Notes: generated by a model from the sequence alone, not told the origin. Shown: positions 48,349-58,691, counted from the first letter of the stretch. The stretch is 58,801 nucleotides of DNA from an uncultured bacterium (GCA_903936565.1 CAIZVZ010000007.1:1-58801); one strand, 5' to 3'. Made by a program: numbers and translations.

Positions 48349-49323
48349 ATGAAAAACACAAAATTAAAATTAATCTCCGGATTGACTTTAACGTTGGCTT
48401 TATCGTTTGCATTTTTACCATTCTCAGCTGGGGCTACATCAACAACTACAGCTCCAACACTTAGATCTAAAATTCAAGCAAGACCAACTTTGATGGCTCA
48501 AAATAAAGAAAAGGGAACTTCAACATTAAGGGAGGCAAGAGAAAAGACAAGAGTAAATTCAACCTCGACAAAAGGTATTAAGGAAGTTAAATTACCAAAG
48601 ACTGTTACAGAGGGTATTGCAAAAGCAGATACAGAAATTGCAAAAAGAATTGATAGTCTAAATCAGACATTAGAGAAAATTTCTTCAATGAAAAATGTTT
48701 CTGACTCTGAAAAGGCATCAATTAAATCTGATGTTCAATCAGAAATAACAAAGTTGGAAGCTTTGAAATCAAAAATTGATTCAGATACAGACTTAGCTAC
48801 AATCAAAAAAGATTTAGCTTCGATCTCAACTGGCTCAAGAATTTATATGTTGGTTATTCCTAGGATGAATATCTTAGCTTCTGTTGACAAGGTAAATACT
48901 ATTTCAACAATGATGGAGACTGTTGTTGCAAAACTTACAGTAAGAGTCAGTGAGCTTAAGGCGACCGGGACAGATGTTGCGGCTGTCGAAACAGCGCTGG
49001 CAAATGTCATAAAGAAGATAACAGACGCAAGAAGTGAGGCATTAACTGCACAAACTTCAGTTTCTGATCTAGTTCCTGATAATGGTGATAAGGCTAAAAT
49101 TGAATCAAATAATGTGAGTCTAAAGGCAGCTAAGGCAAATATTAAGACAGCCAATCAAAATCTCAATGACGCCAGAAAGGCCATTTCAAATGTTACAACT
49201 TTTCTAAAGGCCCCTGAGGAGGACTTTGGAAAGATTGAAAAGATTGATAAAAATGAAGCGAAGGCTGCAAAAGGTAAGGCGGTAAAAGAAACTTCAACAA
49301 AGAAGAAGTCAGGCCAGAATTAA
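48349..49323 (+). CDS. Secreted coiled-coil protein
   Basis: Signal peptide, Lys/Ala/Thr-rich heptad-like helices. Confidence 0.75.
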   Translation: MKNTKLKLISGLTLTLALSFAFLPFSAGATSTTTAPTLRSKIQARPTLMAQNKEKGTSTLREAREKTRVNSTSTKGIKEVKLPKTVTEGIAKADTEIAKRIDSLNQTLEKISSMKNVSDSEKASIKSDVQSEITKLEALKSKIDSDTDLATIKKDLASISTGSRIYMLVIPRMNILASVDKVNTISTMMETVVAKLTVRVSELKATGTDVAAVETALANVIKKITDARSEALTAQTSVSDLVPDNGDKAKIESNNVSLKAAKANIKTANQNLNDARKAISNVTTFLKAPEEDFGKIEKIDKNEAKAAKGKAVKETSTKKKSGQN

Positions 49324-49439
49324 TTTCCAAATCATAAGATAAGGGGATTTTAATTTAATAACAAGACTGCTCAGTAGGTGATTTGAAAGAATCTTCCACC
49401 GAGCATTTTTGTTTGCCTTTTTAGTGTTATAATTAGGCT

Positions 49440-50027
49440 ATGGAAAAGCAAAACAAAAAAACTACCAAAATAATAATAGTAATTTTACTTTTAATTATAT
49501 TAGGGCTTGTCGTCTATGTTTTTGTAAACAATAAACATCAAAATCCAAACAAGTTCATAAATGTAGATAATAGTGCAACAAGTACTAAGAATGTTAATTT
49601 TGACCCACTAAACTTTACTTATACACTTGAAGATGAAAAGGTAACATTAGTTAACGGAATATCTACCACAGACATCGTGCCGGGCTCAGTGGAGAAATTA
49701 GAAACGACTGTTTTTGAAAAGCCAGCAGTTGGTGATTTGAACAGTGACCAAAAGAATGATTCAGCGCTCCTGTTAGTCCAGGATTCTGGTGGAACCGGCC
49801 TGTTCTATTATCTGGTGGCTGTAGTGTCTGATGTGGGGGTTGTTAAAAACACAAATTCAATTTTTATCGGCGATAGAATTGATCCGGTTGGCATCTCAAT
49901 TGAAAATGGAAAGATTAAATTAAGTTACGTTGATAGAAATATGGGTGATCCAATGACGTCGGAACCTACAGTGAAGACGACCAAGACTTTTGAGGTAAGG
50001 AATAATGTTTTGACTGAAGTTAAATAA
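49440..50027 (+). CDS. Membrane-anchored protein, paralog of N-domain of 32580 gene
   Basis: GDLNSD..D, GGTG.FYY, IGDRI, Y.DR..G.P. Confidence 0.75.
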   Translation: MEKQNKKTTKIIIVILLLIILGLVVYVFVNNKHQNPNKFINVDNSATSTKNVNFDPLNFTYTLEDEKVTLVNGISTTDIVPGSVEKLETTVFEKPAVGDLNSDQKNDSALLLVQDSGGTGLFYYLVAVVSDVGVVKNTNSIFIGDRIDPVGISIENGKIKLSYVDRNMGDPMTSEPTVKTTKTFEVRNNVLTEVK

Positions 50028-50083
50028 TTAAGTTTGAAATTTCTGGAGTGAACTATATTCGCGTTAATTAAAATCTGAAGCAA

Positions 50084-50305
50084 ATGCTGATACATGTAAA
50101 AATTAAACCAGATAGTAAAGAAGACAAAATCGTAGAGAAAAACGACACTAGTTTTATTGTCTATGTAAAAGAACCGGCTGAGGATAACAGAGCAAATAAA
50201 AGGTTGGTAGAGTTGTTGGCTGAGAGATTTAATATTGTAAAATCAAAAATAAAAATTGTAACAGGTCATCATGCGCCTTCTAAAATTTTGGATATTATGA
50301 ATTAG
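50084..50305 (+). CDS. DUF167 (YggU-like) protein
   Basis: V.IKP.S, VKEPA...RAN..L..LLA..F.....I.IV.G....K. Confidence 0.85.
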   Translation: MLIHVKIKPDSKEDKIVEKNDTSFIVYVKEPAEDNRANKRLVELLAERFNIVKSKIKIVTGHHAPSKILDIMN

Positions 50306-52188
50306 TCTCTAAGAGCTCGAAGTGCATTTAATATCACCAATACATCAATGGCTTCTTGAAGTATCGCACCAGAGATTGGCTTGATATAACCGAGTAGGGC
50401 AAAGATCATTGCAATAACACTTAGCCCCATTCCGATGAAAATGGATTCGAACGCAATCCTCATCGTCTTTTGACTTATTTCTGTCAGCTCCAAGACCTTG
50501 GCAGTGTCATCTGATGTTATGATAGCGTCAGCTGTGTCAGTTGAGGTTGTTGAGCCGTGATAACCAAGTGCAATTCCAACTGTGGCCCTACCGATTGCTG
50601 GTGCATCATTAACTCCATCGCCAATCATAATGACCTTCTTTCCTTCTAATTCGTATTGTTGTACCAAGTTCATTTTGTTTTCAGGAAGGCAATTGGCTAC
50701 AATTCTGGAGAATCCAAGTTCTTGGCCAATCTTTTCCGCTCGCTCTTGCGTGTCGCCAGTCACCAGTACAATCTCGGAACCAGTCTCTTTGATTTTTGTA
50801 AGAATGGTTGCTATGTCGTCTCGGATTTTGTCAGAGAAGATAATGATTGCTGCTGCTTTATTATCGATGCCGATGTATACAGCCATTTCACCATTGTCTT
50901 TTGCTTGTTTCTCAATACTTCTTGCTTCATCGCTAATTTCAATACCAAGGGACTGCAGGAATGATCCACTTCCGTCCCTAACTTTTATTTCGTTATCCCC
51001 GGTCTTAATTATTCCACTTATACCTTTACCAATAGTTTCTTCAAATTTTTCTGGAATAAATAAATCCAACTTTTTTTCATTCGCATAGGCCACAACGCTT
51101 TCAGAAAGAATATGAGTAGAGAATTGCTCAAGAGACGCCGAGAGAGCGAGAACTTTTTCTTCGCTGAAGTTTGCGCCGTCAAGTAAAATAATTTCTTTAA
51201 CTTTTGGTGTTCCAAAAGTTAGCGTTCCAGTTTTATCAAAAAAGAATGAATGAGCTTTTGTAATATTTTCAAATACTCCGCCGTGCTTAACAACGATCCC
51301 TTTCTTTGCCGAACGGCTCATTCCAGCAATGAACGCAATGGGTGCTGCAAGAATTAGAGGGCAAGGGGTGGCTACGACAAGAACGGCAACTATTAATTTA
51401 GGATCAATCATCCATGCGATGCCGGCGATAACAAAAGTTATGGCTGTAAAAATTAGACTAAACTTATTTGCTAGTCGAACAGTTGGTGCTTTTTTATCTT
51501 GTGCTTTTTCAACAAGCCTAATGATTGAAGAGAAGGTGCTTTGCTCATGGTTAGTTGTGGTCTTAATATAAATTATATCAATTGTATTAATACTTCCACT
51601 CCAAATTCTAGAACCGATTTTAACATCTCTTGGCATTGGCTCACCGGTGATCATGGACTCATCGATTGAAGAGATTCCAGATACGACTACTCCATCAACA
51701 GGTGTAACCTCTCCGCGTTTAATCATTAGTGTATCCCCAATGTTTATTTGTTGTACGGTGATGTCTTCAAAATCAACACTCTCAGCTGGGTCCGTTTTAT
51801 TTTCACCTATCTTTCTATTTACTCTATGTGCTTTAGTCGGTGCAAAGCGGAGAAGATTTTCTAGTGCATTTTTTGCTTGACCCTCAGCATACTTTTCAAG
51901 TGATTCACCTCCCGAGAGCATCAGCAAGATTATTCCTCCAGCGATATGTTCTCCAATTACAACGGTTGATATGATGGCAACAAGAGCGATCAAGTCGACT
52001 CCAAATTGCTTTTTGTAAGTAGATAGGGTTATGTTGTAGAGGGTGGGAAGAGTGCCTAATATTGTTATATAAAGTATTAGCCTTTCAATATGGGCCCCTA
52101 TTCCTGTAGTCCTAAATATCACGTAGGTAATTAAAGCAAGGAGAATAACTACAGCAATCAGAGTATTTAGATTTATGTATTTTTTCAT
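50302..52188 (-). CDS. Heavy-metal translocating P1B-type ATPase (P1B-5-like)
   Basis: TGE, TPCP, DKTGT, GDGVND, QE..D.....N; no N-terminal CxxC domain. Confidence 0.93.
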   Translation of the reverse strand: MKKYINLNTLIAVVILLALITYVIFRTTGIGAHIERLILYITILGTLPTLYNITLSTYKKQFGVDLIALVAIISTVVIGEHIAGGIILLMLSGGESLEKYAEGQAKNALENLLRFAPTKAHRVNRKIGENKTDPAESVDFEDITVQQINIGDTLMIKRGEVTPVDGVVVSGISSIDESMITGEPMPRDVKIGSRIWSGSINTIDIIYIKTTTNHEQSTFSSIIRLVEKAQDKKAPTVRLANKFSLIFTAITFVIAGIAWMIDPKLIVAVLVVATPCPLILAAPIAFIAGMSRSAKKGIVVKHGGVFENITKAHSFFFDKTGTLTFGTPKVKEIILLDGANFSEEKVLALSASLEQFSTHILSESVVAYANEKKLDLFIPEKFEETIGKGISGIIKTGDNEIKVRDGSGSFLQSLGIEISDEARSIEKQAKDNGEMAVYIGIDNKAAAIIIFSDKIRDDIATILTKIKETGSEIVLVTGDTQERAEKIGQELGFSRIVANCLPENKMNLVQQYELEGKKVIMIGDGVNDAPAIGRATVGIALGYHGSTTSTDTADAIITSDDTAKVLELTEISQKTMRIAFESIFIGMGLSVIAMIFALLGYIKPISGAILQEAIDVLVILNALRALRD

Positions 52189-52265
52189 GGTATTTAATCA
52201 TTATTTTACAACTTATTTGGGGATTTTGCATTACCCTAGAAAAGATATTAGAATAAAGAGAAACC

Positions 52266-53948
52266 ATGCCCAAAACAATAAAATCAAAATCAGATAAAAA
52301 ATCAGTAAAAAACAGTCATAAATATATATTTGTAATCGGAGGAGTAATGTCAGGAGTTGGGAAGGGTATAACCACTTCATCAATTGGAACAATTCTTGAG
52401 GCAAAGGGGTATAAGATAAATATAATGAAAGTCGATCCGTATCTAAACGTAGATGCGGGGACAATGAACCCCACCGAGCATGGTGAGGTTTTTGTTATGG
52501 ATTCAGGACTTGAGACTGACCAGGACATGGGAAACTATGAGAGATTTTTGAATAGATCTCTAAAGAAGGAAGATTACATGACATCCGGAATGGTTTATAA
52601 ATATGTTATAGACAAAGAGCGTGCACTTGGCTTTGGTGGAAAATGTATTGACGCTGACAATATCAGAGATGAAATTGTTACAAGATATGAATCATCTGCA
52701 AAGACTAATCAATCAGATGTAACGGTAGTTGAAATTGGTGGAACAGTTGGAGACTATCAGAACGTTATGTTTATTGAAGCGGCGCGTGTTATGAAGCTCC
52801 GTCACTCAAGAGATGTCGTCTTTGTTATGGTTTCTTATATGCCAATTCCAAACAAGATTGGTGAGATGAAAAGTAAGCCAACACAGAATGCAATTAAGCA
52901 ATTAAACTCATATGGAGTGCATGCTGATTTTATTATCGCAAGAAGTGAACTTCCTGTTGATAAAAAGCGTAAAGAAAAAATCGCATTCTCTTGCAATGTT
53001 CCTGTTGAAAATATAATATCCGCACCTGACATAGATAGTATATACGATGTGCCAGTCAACTTTGAAAAAGATCATCTTGGAGAGATGATAACTAGAGCAT
53101 TGTCTTTACCTCACAAAACTACAAATATGAGAGGTTGGAAAGGTTTTGTAGCGAACGTAGCAAAAGCAAAAGAAACAACTTCAAGAGAAGTTAAAATCGC
53201 AGTAGTTGGAAAATATTTTGATTCAGGTGACTTTGTTTTTTCAGATGCATATGTTTCTGTAATTGAAGCAATTAAGTTTTCTGCATACAAGCTTGGTGTA
53301 AAGATAAAGTTATCTTGGTTAAATTCTAAGGATTTTGAGAAGGATCCAAAAAAGATTAATGATTTAAAGGCCTATGATGGAATAATTGTTCCGGGAGGGT
53401 TTGGTAATTCGGGAATTGAAGGTCTTATTAAGACGATAGAATTTGCCAGAATTAACAAGATTCCATACTTTGGACTTTGTTATGGAATGCAGTTGTTGGT
53501 CATCGAATATGCTAGAAATATATTGGGATGGAATGATGCAAATACCGCGGAGATCGAACCCACATCTAGCCACTTGGTTATCGATATAATGCCAGATCAG
53601 AAGATTAAACTTGATAACGGTCATTACGGCGCTTCAATGCGTTTGGGGGCGTACGATGCCATTATAGAGAAGGGGACATTGGCCTATAAAGCTTATGGAA
53701 AGACGGAAATTAGCGAAAGACATAGACATAGATATGAGGTCAATCCAGTGTTTGTGGAGGAAATAAAGTCAGCGGGACTGGTCTTTTCTGGAAAATCGCC
53801 AAATGGAAAATTGATGGAAATTGCTGAGCTTCCAAAGAGCGAACACCCATTCTTTTTGGGCACACAATTTCACCCTGAGTTTCTGGCAAGACCACTTGAT
53901 CCGCATCCTCTTTTTACTGAATTTATGAAGGCTATTTTGTCTGCATAG
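52266..53948 (+). CDS. pyrG: CTP synthase
   Basis: GGVMSGVGKG, DPYLNVDAGTM.P.EHGEVFV, GLCYGMQ, ERHRHRYE, QFHPE. Confidence 0.98.
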   Translation: MPKTIKSKSDKKSVKNSHKYIFVIGGVMSGVGKGITTSSIGTILEAKGYKINIMKVDPYLNVDAGTMNPTEHGEVFVMDSGLETDQDMGNYERFLNRSLKKEDYMTSGMVYKYVIDKERALGFGGKCIDADNIRDEIVTRYESSAKTNQSDVTVVEIGGTVGDYQNVMFIEAARVMKLRHSRDVVFVMVSYMPIPNKIGEMKSKPTQNAIKQLNSYGVHADFIIARSELPVDKKRKEKIAFSCNVPVENIISAPDIDSIYDVPVNFEKDHLGEMITRALSLPHKTTNMRGWKGFVANVAKAKETTSREVKIAVVGKYFDSGDFVFSDAYVSVIEAIKFSAYKLGVKIKLSWLNSKDFEKDPKKINDLKAYDGIIVPGGFGNSGIEGLIKTIEFARINKIPYFGLCYGMQLLVIEYARNILGWNDANTAEIEPTSSHLVIDIMPDQKIKLDNGHYGASMRLGAYDAIIEKGTLAYKAYGKTEISERHRHRYEVNPVFVEEIKSAGLVFSGKSPNGKLMEIAELPKSEHPFFLGTQFHPEFLARPLDPHPLFTEFMKAILSA

Positions 53949-54035
53949 TTTATATCTCGTGCTGTTGCTGGTGTAGACTTAGTTTATTATAAATGATAAC
54001 ATTTTGACGAATTAATGTTCTTTGATGTTGCCGGT

Positions 54036-54086
54036 TTAGCTGTACCTTTTGGGATGCAAAATTTGTGTATCAAAAGGTACAGCTAA
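54036..54086 (+). promoter_or_regulatory. Long leader hairpin (16-bp perfect arms)
   Basis: TTAGCTGTACCTTTTG ... CAAAAGGTACAGCTAA. Confidence 0.6.
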
Positions 54087-54106
54087 CCAAGTAAGGAAGC
54101 TGTCAC

Positions 54107-54715
54107 TTGATAATCCACACTTATAACATTGAAATGAAAAATTGCTTCATGGCATCTGTTGTCTCGGGCGGAAAAAGCCTGTCGTTTATTCCACGGTTAC
54201 TCATTCAGTTTGGTCGTCTAACTGGTTTCGTTAGTTACGACACCCGACCGGTTGATCAACCTTCTCCTGAACCCCCGTTGGCGTTTGAACATAAGGGTAA
54301 GGGGGTCGTAGGATCGCTAGCTCTAGTCAGAAGGCCGGCCTTCAATGGCTCTTCTAAAAACTGGTGGTTAGTTTGCGCAACTACGGATGATTCACTTCTA
54401 CCCATAATGCATGCAGTCGATAACTTCGTTGGCAGCCCCAACTTGGATTATCCATATCGGTGGAATTGTATCGTTGATAGCATGTGTCGGCTGGTTAAAA
54501 TTGATCACCACATCGAAGTTCCCTTTAGTGGACTGAATTTTTCGGGTGGCATTTTGACTATAAGTAGCGACAGTGATGATGCATGTTGGAAAAAGATGGT
54601 GGCATGTATGTTACTACTGTTTGTGCCCGGTGTATTCACAGTTGAGTCTCAAGGTTCGGTATCCATCAATTTGAACTCAGTGAAGTTTATACCGACTAAG
54701 CAAACCACCACCTAG
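54107..54715 (+). CDS. Hypothetical protein, GC-enriched ORFan
   Basis: TTG 54107 preceded by TAAGGA (alternative ATG 54134); promoter TAGACT-17-TAACAT at 53974-54002; GC-rich terminator ~54753-54786. Confidence 0.55.
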   Translation: MIIHTYNIEMKNCFMASVVSGGKSLSFIPRLLIQFGRLTGFVSYDTRPVDQPSPEPPLAFEHKGKGVVGSLALVRRPAFNGSSKNWWLVCATTDDSLLPIMHAVDNFVGSPNLDYPYRWNCIVDSMCRLVKIDHHIEVPFSGLNFSGGILTISSDSDDACWKKMVACMLLLFVPGVFTVESQGSVSINLNSVKFIPTKQTTT

Positions 54716-54796
54716 TCCTTCGACCCCCCCCAGCCCCGTAATCCAGCGAAAAGCCCGCCACCTTTCGCAGAGGTGACGGGGTTTTCGTTTAACTTT

Positions 54797-55438
54797 TTAT
54801 TTTGCCTCAAACATTGCAAAGTCGTTCTTGAACAAGAATTTGGACATATTATAAATCGTATATGTAATAAAGAATGCAGAGAGAACATCAATTGAATAGT
54901 GGAGATGTCCCATCAGTACGATAACTCCAAAGAATACTGATGTGATGAAAAATAGTATTCCAAGGACTTTTTCTTTCCAGAATATCAAGCAAAGCAAGAA
55001 TGGTAGACCTGTGTGGGCTGAAAAGAATAAGTCTCCGCCGAATGTAAATAATTTCATCCAGTTGGCTGAATCTAATCCAATAATTAGCCTGTCTGGAAAA
55101 GGACCGATGTGTGTTAGGGAGACGAATGCACTTCTGATTAAAATGAAAAGGGCAATGCTTTTAAGAATAAAAGGTATTTGATGCGGCTTATTTATGCAGT
55201 ATACAAGAAGAACTGCCCACATAACTATTGGTCCATAAACGAATATGTTGTGGACATCATAGACCGGGATATTACTTAGAACAATGTCGTTCACATGGTT
55301 ACTAGCACTAAAGGTGGCAAATCTACCAGCATAGAAATTGGCTACAAGCGCTAGCCCCAGAAGAATAAGTCCGTCTATGATTGCAACTGTGTAAGTTTTA
55401 CTTTTTAAATACGCTAAGTGTTTTGGGTTGATATTCAT
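54797..55438 (-). CDS. PAP2 superfamily, sphingomyelin/IPC synthase-like membrane phosphotransferase
   Basis: GDLFFSAHT and HYSIDV motifs, about six TMs. Confidence 0.8.
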   Translation of the reverse strand: MNINPKHLAYLKSKTYTVAIIDGLILLGLALVANFYAGRFATFSASNHVNDIVLSNIPVYDVHNIFVYGPIVMWAVLLVYCINKPHQIPFILKSIALFILIRSAFVSLTHIGPFPDRLIIGLDSANWMKLFTFGGDLFFSAHTGLPFLLCLIFWKEKVLGILFFITSVFFGVIVLMGHLHYSIDVLSAFFITYTIYNMSKFLFKNDFAMFEAK

Positions 55439-55631
55439 AATATAAGATGTTGTGCTATTTTAACATTGTTTTATGAAGAGACAAAGGGTTTGACCCATTG
55501 AAATATCGTTTATATTGTTGTCCGAATTTTGTCGGGATGAAAGAATATACATTTCCTCGCGTAGTACTATAATAGTAGGTGTAAGATGATGTCCGCAAAA
55601 GGTGCCTACAAGGTATGCGATATATATAAAT

Positions 55632-56213
55632 ATGACTGATATTGTACACAAAACAGATGAAGAATTGTCAGTCCTTTTAATGGCATCAGATTATTCTGCC
55701 ATGGCTGTTTTGATTGATAGATATCAGGCTCCCTTAACTAGATATTTGAGACGTATCGGTGTTTATAAAGAGGAAGATGTTAAGGATTTACTGCAAGATA
55801 TTTTTATTAAAATATATAAGAATATTAATTCATTTAACAAAGATCTATCGTTCTCATCTTGGGTTTATAGAATTTCACATAATGAAGCAATTAGTTTCTT
55901 TAGAAAAAATAAAGCCCGACCAGAGGGGAACATGATTGACGACAGCGAGGAGGTGCTTTTTAAGATTGAAGATGAAAGTATTGACTTGGCGGAAGAGATT
56001 GACCAGGGTTTAAACGGAAAGCTTCTACAAGAGGTGATGTTAGAGCTTGATCAAAAATATAGAGATGTTTTGGTCTTGAGATATTTTGAAGATAGAGATT
56101 ATGAAAATATCTCAGATATTCTACAGATTCCCAAAGGGTCTGTAGCGACGCTGATTCACAGGGCAAAGAATCAGCTAAAAGAAAAAATGAAAAAAATATG
56201 GAAAATAAAATAA
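55632..56213 (+). CDS. ECF RNA polymerase sigma factor
   Basis: DLLQD.F.K, FSSWVYRI.HN, region 4 Y..I..IL..P.GSV....HRAK. Confidence 0.93.
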   Translation: MTDIVHKTDEELSVLLMASDYSAMAVLIDRYQAPLTRYLRRIGVYKEEDVKDLLQDIFIKIYKNINSFNKDLSFSSWVYRISHNEAISFFRKNKARPEGNMIDDSEEVLFKIEDESIDLAEEIDQGLNGKLLQEVMLELDQKYRDVLVLRYFEDRDYENISDILQIPKGSVATLIHRAKNQLKEKMKKIWKIK

Positions 56214-57241
56214 ACAATAAACAAAGCAATAAAGAAGTTGAGGCAGAGGAGATGAAGGGGGTGGGGGAGTTGTCCAACAACGAGAATCTGAAATCAAAAA
56301 TTTTGGAGCTTATTGAGAGGGACAAAATTAAACCAACTTCCAAAATATATTTTTCTGTAAGAGACAAGGCGCTTTGGTCACTTCTTTTAATTTCCATGAT
56401 ATTCGGCTCAATTGCGTGCTCTGTTATGATCTTTTCGTTCACAAACTCTGAAGCTGGATTTTATGATATGACAAATGACAGTTTCTTAGATTTTATGCTA
56501 AACATGACCCCATATTTATGGGTCATTTTGTTTGTTGTTTTTGGATTAATAGGTTATGAAAACTTTAAGCACACAAACAAAGGTTACAGATATTCTTTCA
56601 GTTTAATTGTTGTTGTAGGATTAGTTATTAATATCGGATTGGGGGCTATATTGCACTCTCTCGGTGTCTCAAAAATAATAGAGCATGACTTCTCCTCAGA
56701 TAATTCATTTGTGAGATCCTCAGATTCTTTGAGACGAGCTAGTTGGAATCAGCCAGATAAGGGGATTATTTCAGGGCAGGTCGTATCGTTTTCTGATGGT
56801 GGTTCAACTTTTATTTTAAAGGACTTTAATGGTAATCTATGGACCGTGTCTTCAATGTATATTCCAAACGTGAGTTGGGATCTGATTTCGACATCTTCAG
56901 AAATTAGAGTGATTGGGGTTAGGCAAGATGTATATTTTCCATTAATATCTACTTCTACAGTACTAGGTGTTAAGCCTGCTGGCTTGATACCTTCTGGATT
57001 AGCAACTTCATCTGGCATTATTTTGAATGGAGAAGCTTCCACTACACCATATATAGGTAGTGTGGTTGCCTGCTATATATTGCCATGGAATACAGATGAC
57101 TATGTTTCTGGTATATCCAAAATTAAGGGAGCATTAGTTAATCCAAATGATAGTGAAAGAAATCTTTCCGATAAGCGTAATAACAATTGTAGGGCAATCA
57201 AGTCCTATAACATTATTAGAAGCATGGTTGAATTGAAATAA
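56198..57241 (+). CDS. Membrane protein, probable anti-sigma factor partner
   Basis: Overlaps the ECF sigma stop; three TMs plus extracellular domain. Confidence 0.6.
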   Translation: MENKINNKQSNKEVEAEEMKGVGELSNNENLKSKILELIERDKIKPTSKIYFSVRDKALWSLLLISMIFGSIACSVMIFSFTNSEAGFYDMTNDSFLDFMLNMTPYLWVILFVVFGLIGYENFKHTNKGYRYSFSLIVVVGLVINIGLGAILHSLGVSKIIEHDFSSDNSFVRSSDSLRRASWNQPDKGIISGQVVSFSDGGSTFILKDFNGNLWTVSSMYIPNVSWDLISTSSEIRVIGVRQDVYFPLISTSTVLGVKPAGLIPSGLATSSGIILNGEASTTPYIGSVVACYILPWNTDDYVSGISKIKGALVNPNDSERNLSDKRNNNCRAIKSYNIIRSMVELK

Positions 57242-57375
57242 TAAAAATTTAAATTTAATAAGCTTTTTATTCACAGGCAGGGATGGTGGATCTTAAAAGC
57301 ACAATCATCAAAACAACAACAATAATAAACATATCTACAATTTAATATTTTATAAAAGTAAGAAATCTAATGACA

Positions 57376-57412
57376 AAATACGCTCCACAGAACTGGGCGT
57401 TTTTTGTTTTTT
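57376..57412 (+). terminator. Probable intrinsic terminator
   Basis: acgctc-cacagaact-gggcgt followed by long T tract. Confidence 0.5.
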
Positions 57413-57435
57413 AAAAAATGATTTATAATAGAAGT

Positions 57436-57723
57436 ATGACTGATAAAATAGATGTAATAAAAGTAAAAGAAGAAGTTAAGGCTGGCAAGGCTTATCTTTT
57501 GGACGTTAGATCCACAGAAGAGTTTGCGCAGTTTGCATTACCAGATTCAATCAATTTAAGTGTTGAAGATATTGAGTATGGCAAGGTCCCAGAAATTCCA
57601 AGAGACTCTAAAGTTTATGTTTATTGTATGTCTGGTGGTAGGGCGGAGAAGGCGGTTTCACTACTTAATATGATGGGATTTGCTAACACCATCAACGCTG
57701 GGGGAATTATGAATTTGATATAA
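57436..57723 (+). CDS. Rhodanese-like domain protein
   Basis: LLDVRS.EEF, VYC.SG.RA..A...L...GF....N.GG. Confidence 0.92.
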   Translation: MTDKIDVIKVKEEVKAGKAYLLDVRSTEEFAQFALPDSINLSVEDIEYGKVPEIPRDSKVYVYCMSGGRAEKAVSLLNMMGFANTINAGGIMNLI

Positions 57724-57800
57724 ATCCTAAAAGTGCTACAATTATTTGTAACATTAACAAAAAAGAAAAAATAATATCGATAATACTAGCGGTAGCGATA

Positions 57801-58691
57801 TTGATAGTTTTAATTTTCATAATTAATAGAACTAATTTATTAGCTAGCTATTCAAATAGCATAACAGCATTGGTAAAATCAGGTGTTTCAAATGTCTATT
57901 ATTCAGACCAAGCTGAAGGACCCTCTGGTTCTGGTTCGCAGTCAGGATCTGATTCTGGTTCTTCAGATGAGTATATCGATGATAGAGATACCTTTGTACC
58001 GGTTTTTGACCAAGCTAATAAAGATAGTCAGTGTGCGAATGGGGTTATAACCAAGGAGGATGGACAGATGGATAAATATACATACGTCGGATATGACTGT
58101 ACTTTGGGACTTAAGCGTTATACAAATATTAAATTAACTGGAACTAAATGCGCAGAAAGTAATGGTGGTTGTGGTACATGGTATGTTGATGGATTGGGTA
58201 AAATAAAATTCGATTATATGAAGTGTAAGACTGTTGTTAAGAGTAGCTCTACAGCTTCATGTAATTTAACACCTGAAGATCAGACTCCTTTACCTAATGG
58301 TGATCCAGCTTTTTGTGTCACATTGTCTGGTCAGGCTCCTAATGCTGATATCCCTGTAAACCCTTGTAAAGTAATCAAACATACATTTACTGTTGTTCCA
58401 ACAAAAGGAGCGGTATCATTTTTTGGTAAAAATCATTATGATAATGTCAATTTGATTAGACAAATGACAAAGGAAGAACAACAGGCTTTGTGTAATAGGA
58501 ATCCTAAGTGTCGCAGAGATACAGGTCCAGGAGGCTATATCTCAGGTGATCCAGAATTTGGATTGAATAATGCGGCTATAGAATATGAGAGAGGTCTAAC
58601 TGGTGTATTCTCTGAAAATACTGTAACTGTTCCAGGTTGTAAATCAACAGAAACTTGGATTTGCAAATGGAATTATCAGTACGGAGAATAA
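57801..58691 (+). CDS. Membrane-anchored Cys-rich extracellular protein
   Basis: Hydrophobic N-terminus (frame open further upstream), Ser/Gly linker, about a dozen Cys. Confidence 0.7.
   Translation: MIVLIFIINRTNLLASYSNSITALVKSGVSNVYYSDQAEGPSGSGSQSGSDSGSSDEYIDDRDTFVPVFDQANKDSQCANGVITKEDGQMDKYTYVGYDCTLGLKRYTNIKLTGTKCAESNGGCGTWYVDGLGKIKFDYMKCKTVVKSSSTASCNLTPEDQTPLPNGDPAFCVTLSGQAPNADIPVNPCKVIKHTFTVVPTKGAVSFFGKNHYDNVNLIRQMTKEEQQALCNRNPKCRRDTGPGGYISGDPEFGLNNAAIEYERGLTGVFSENTVTVPGCKSTETWICKWNYQYGE

Noticed and set aside
50582-51880. Plus-strand ORFs inside the P-type ATPase and similar antisense ORFs elsewhere
   Set aside because: Shadows of well-supported genes with no motifs or signals of their own
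55575-55612. Fluoride-riboswitch-like motif upstream of the ECF sigma
   Set aside because: Only partial GATGATGTCCGC..CCTAC resemblance, too short for the pseudoknot, no fluoride-related gene
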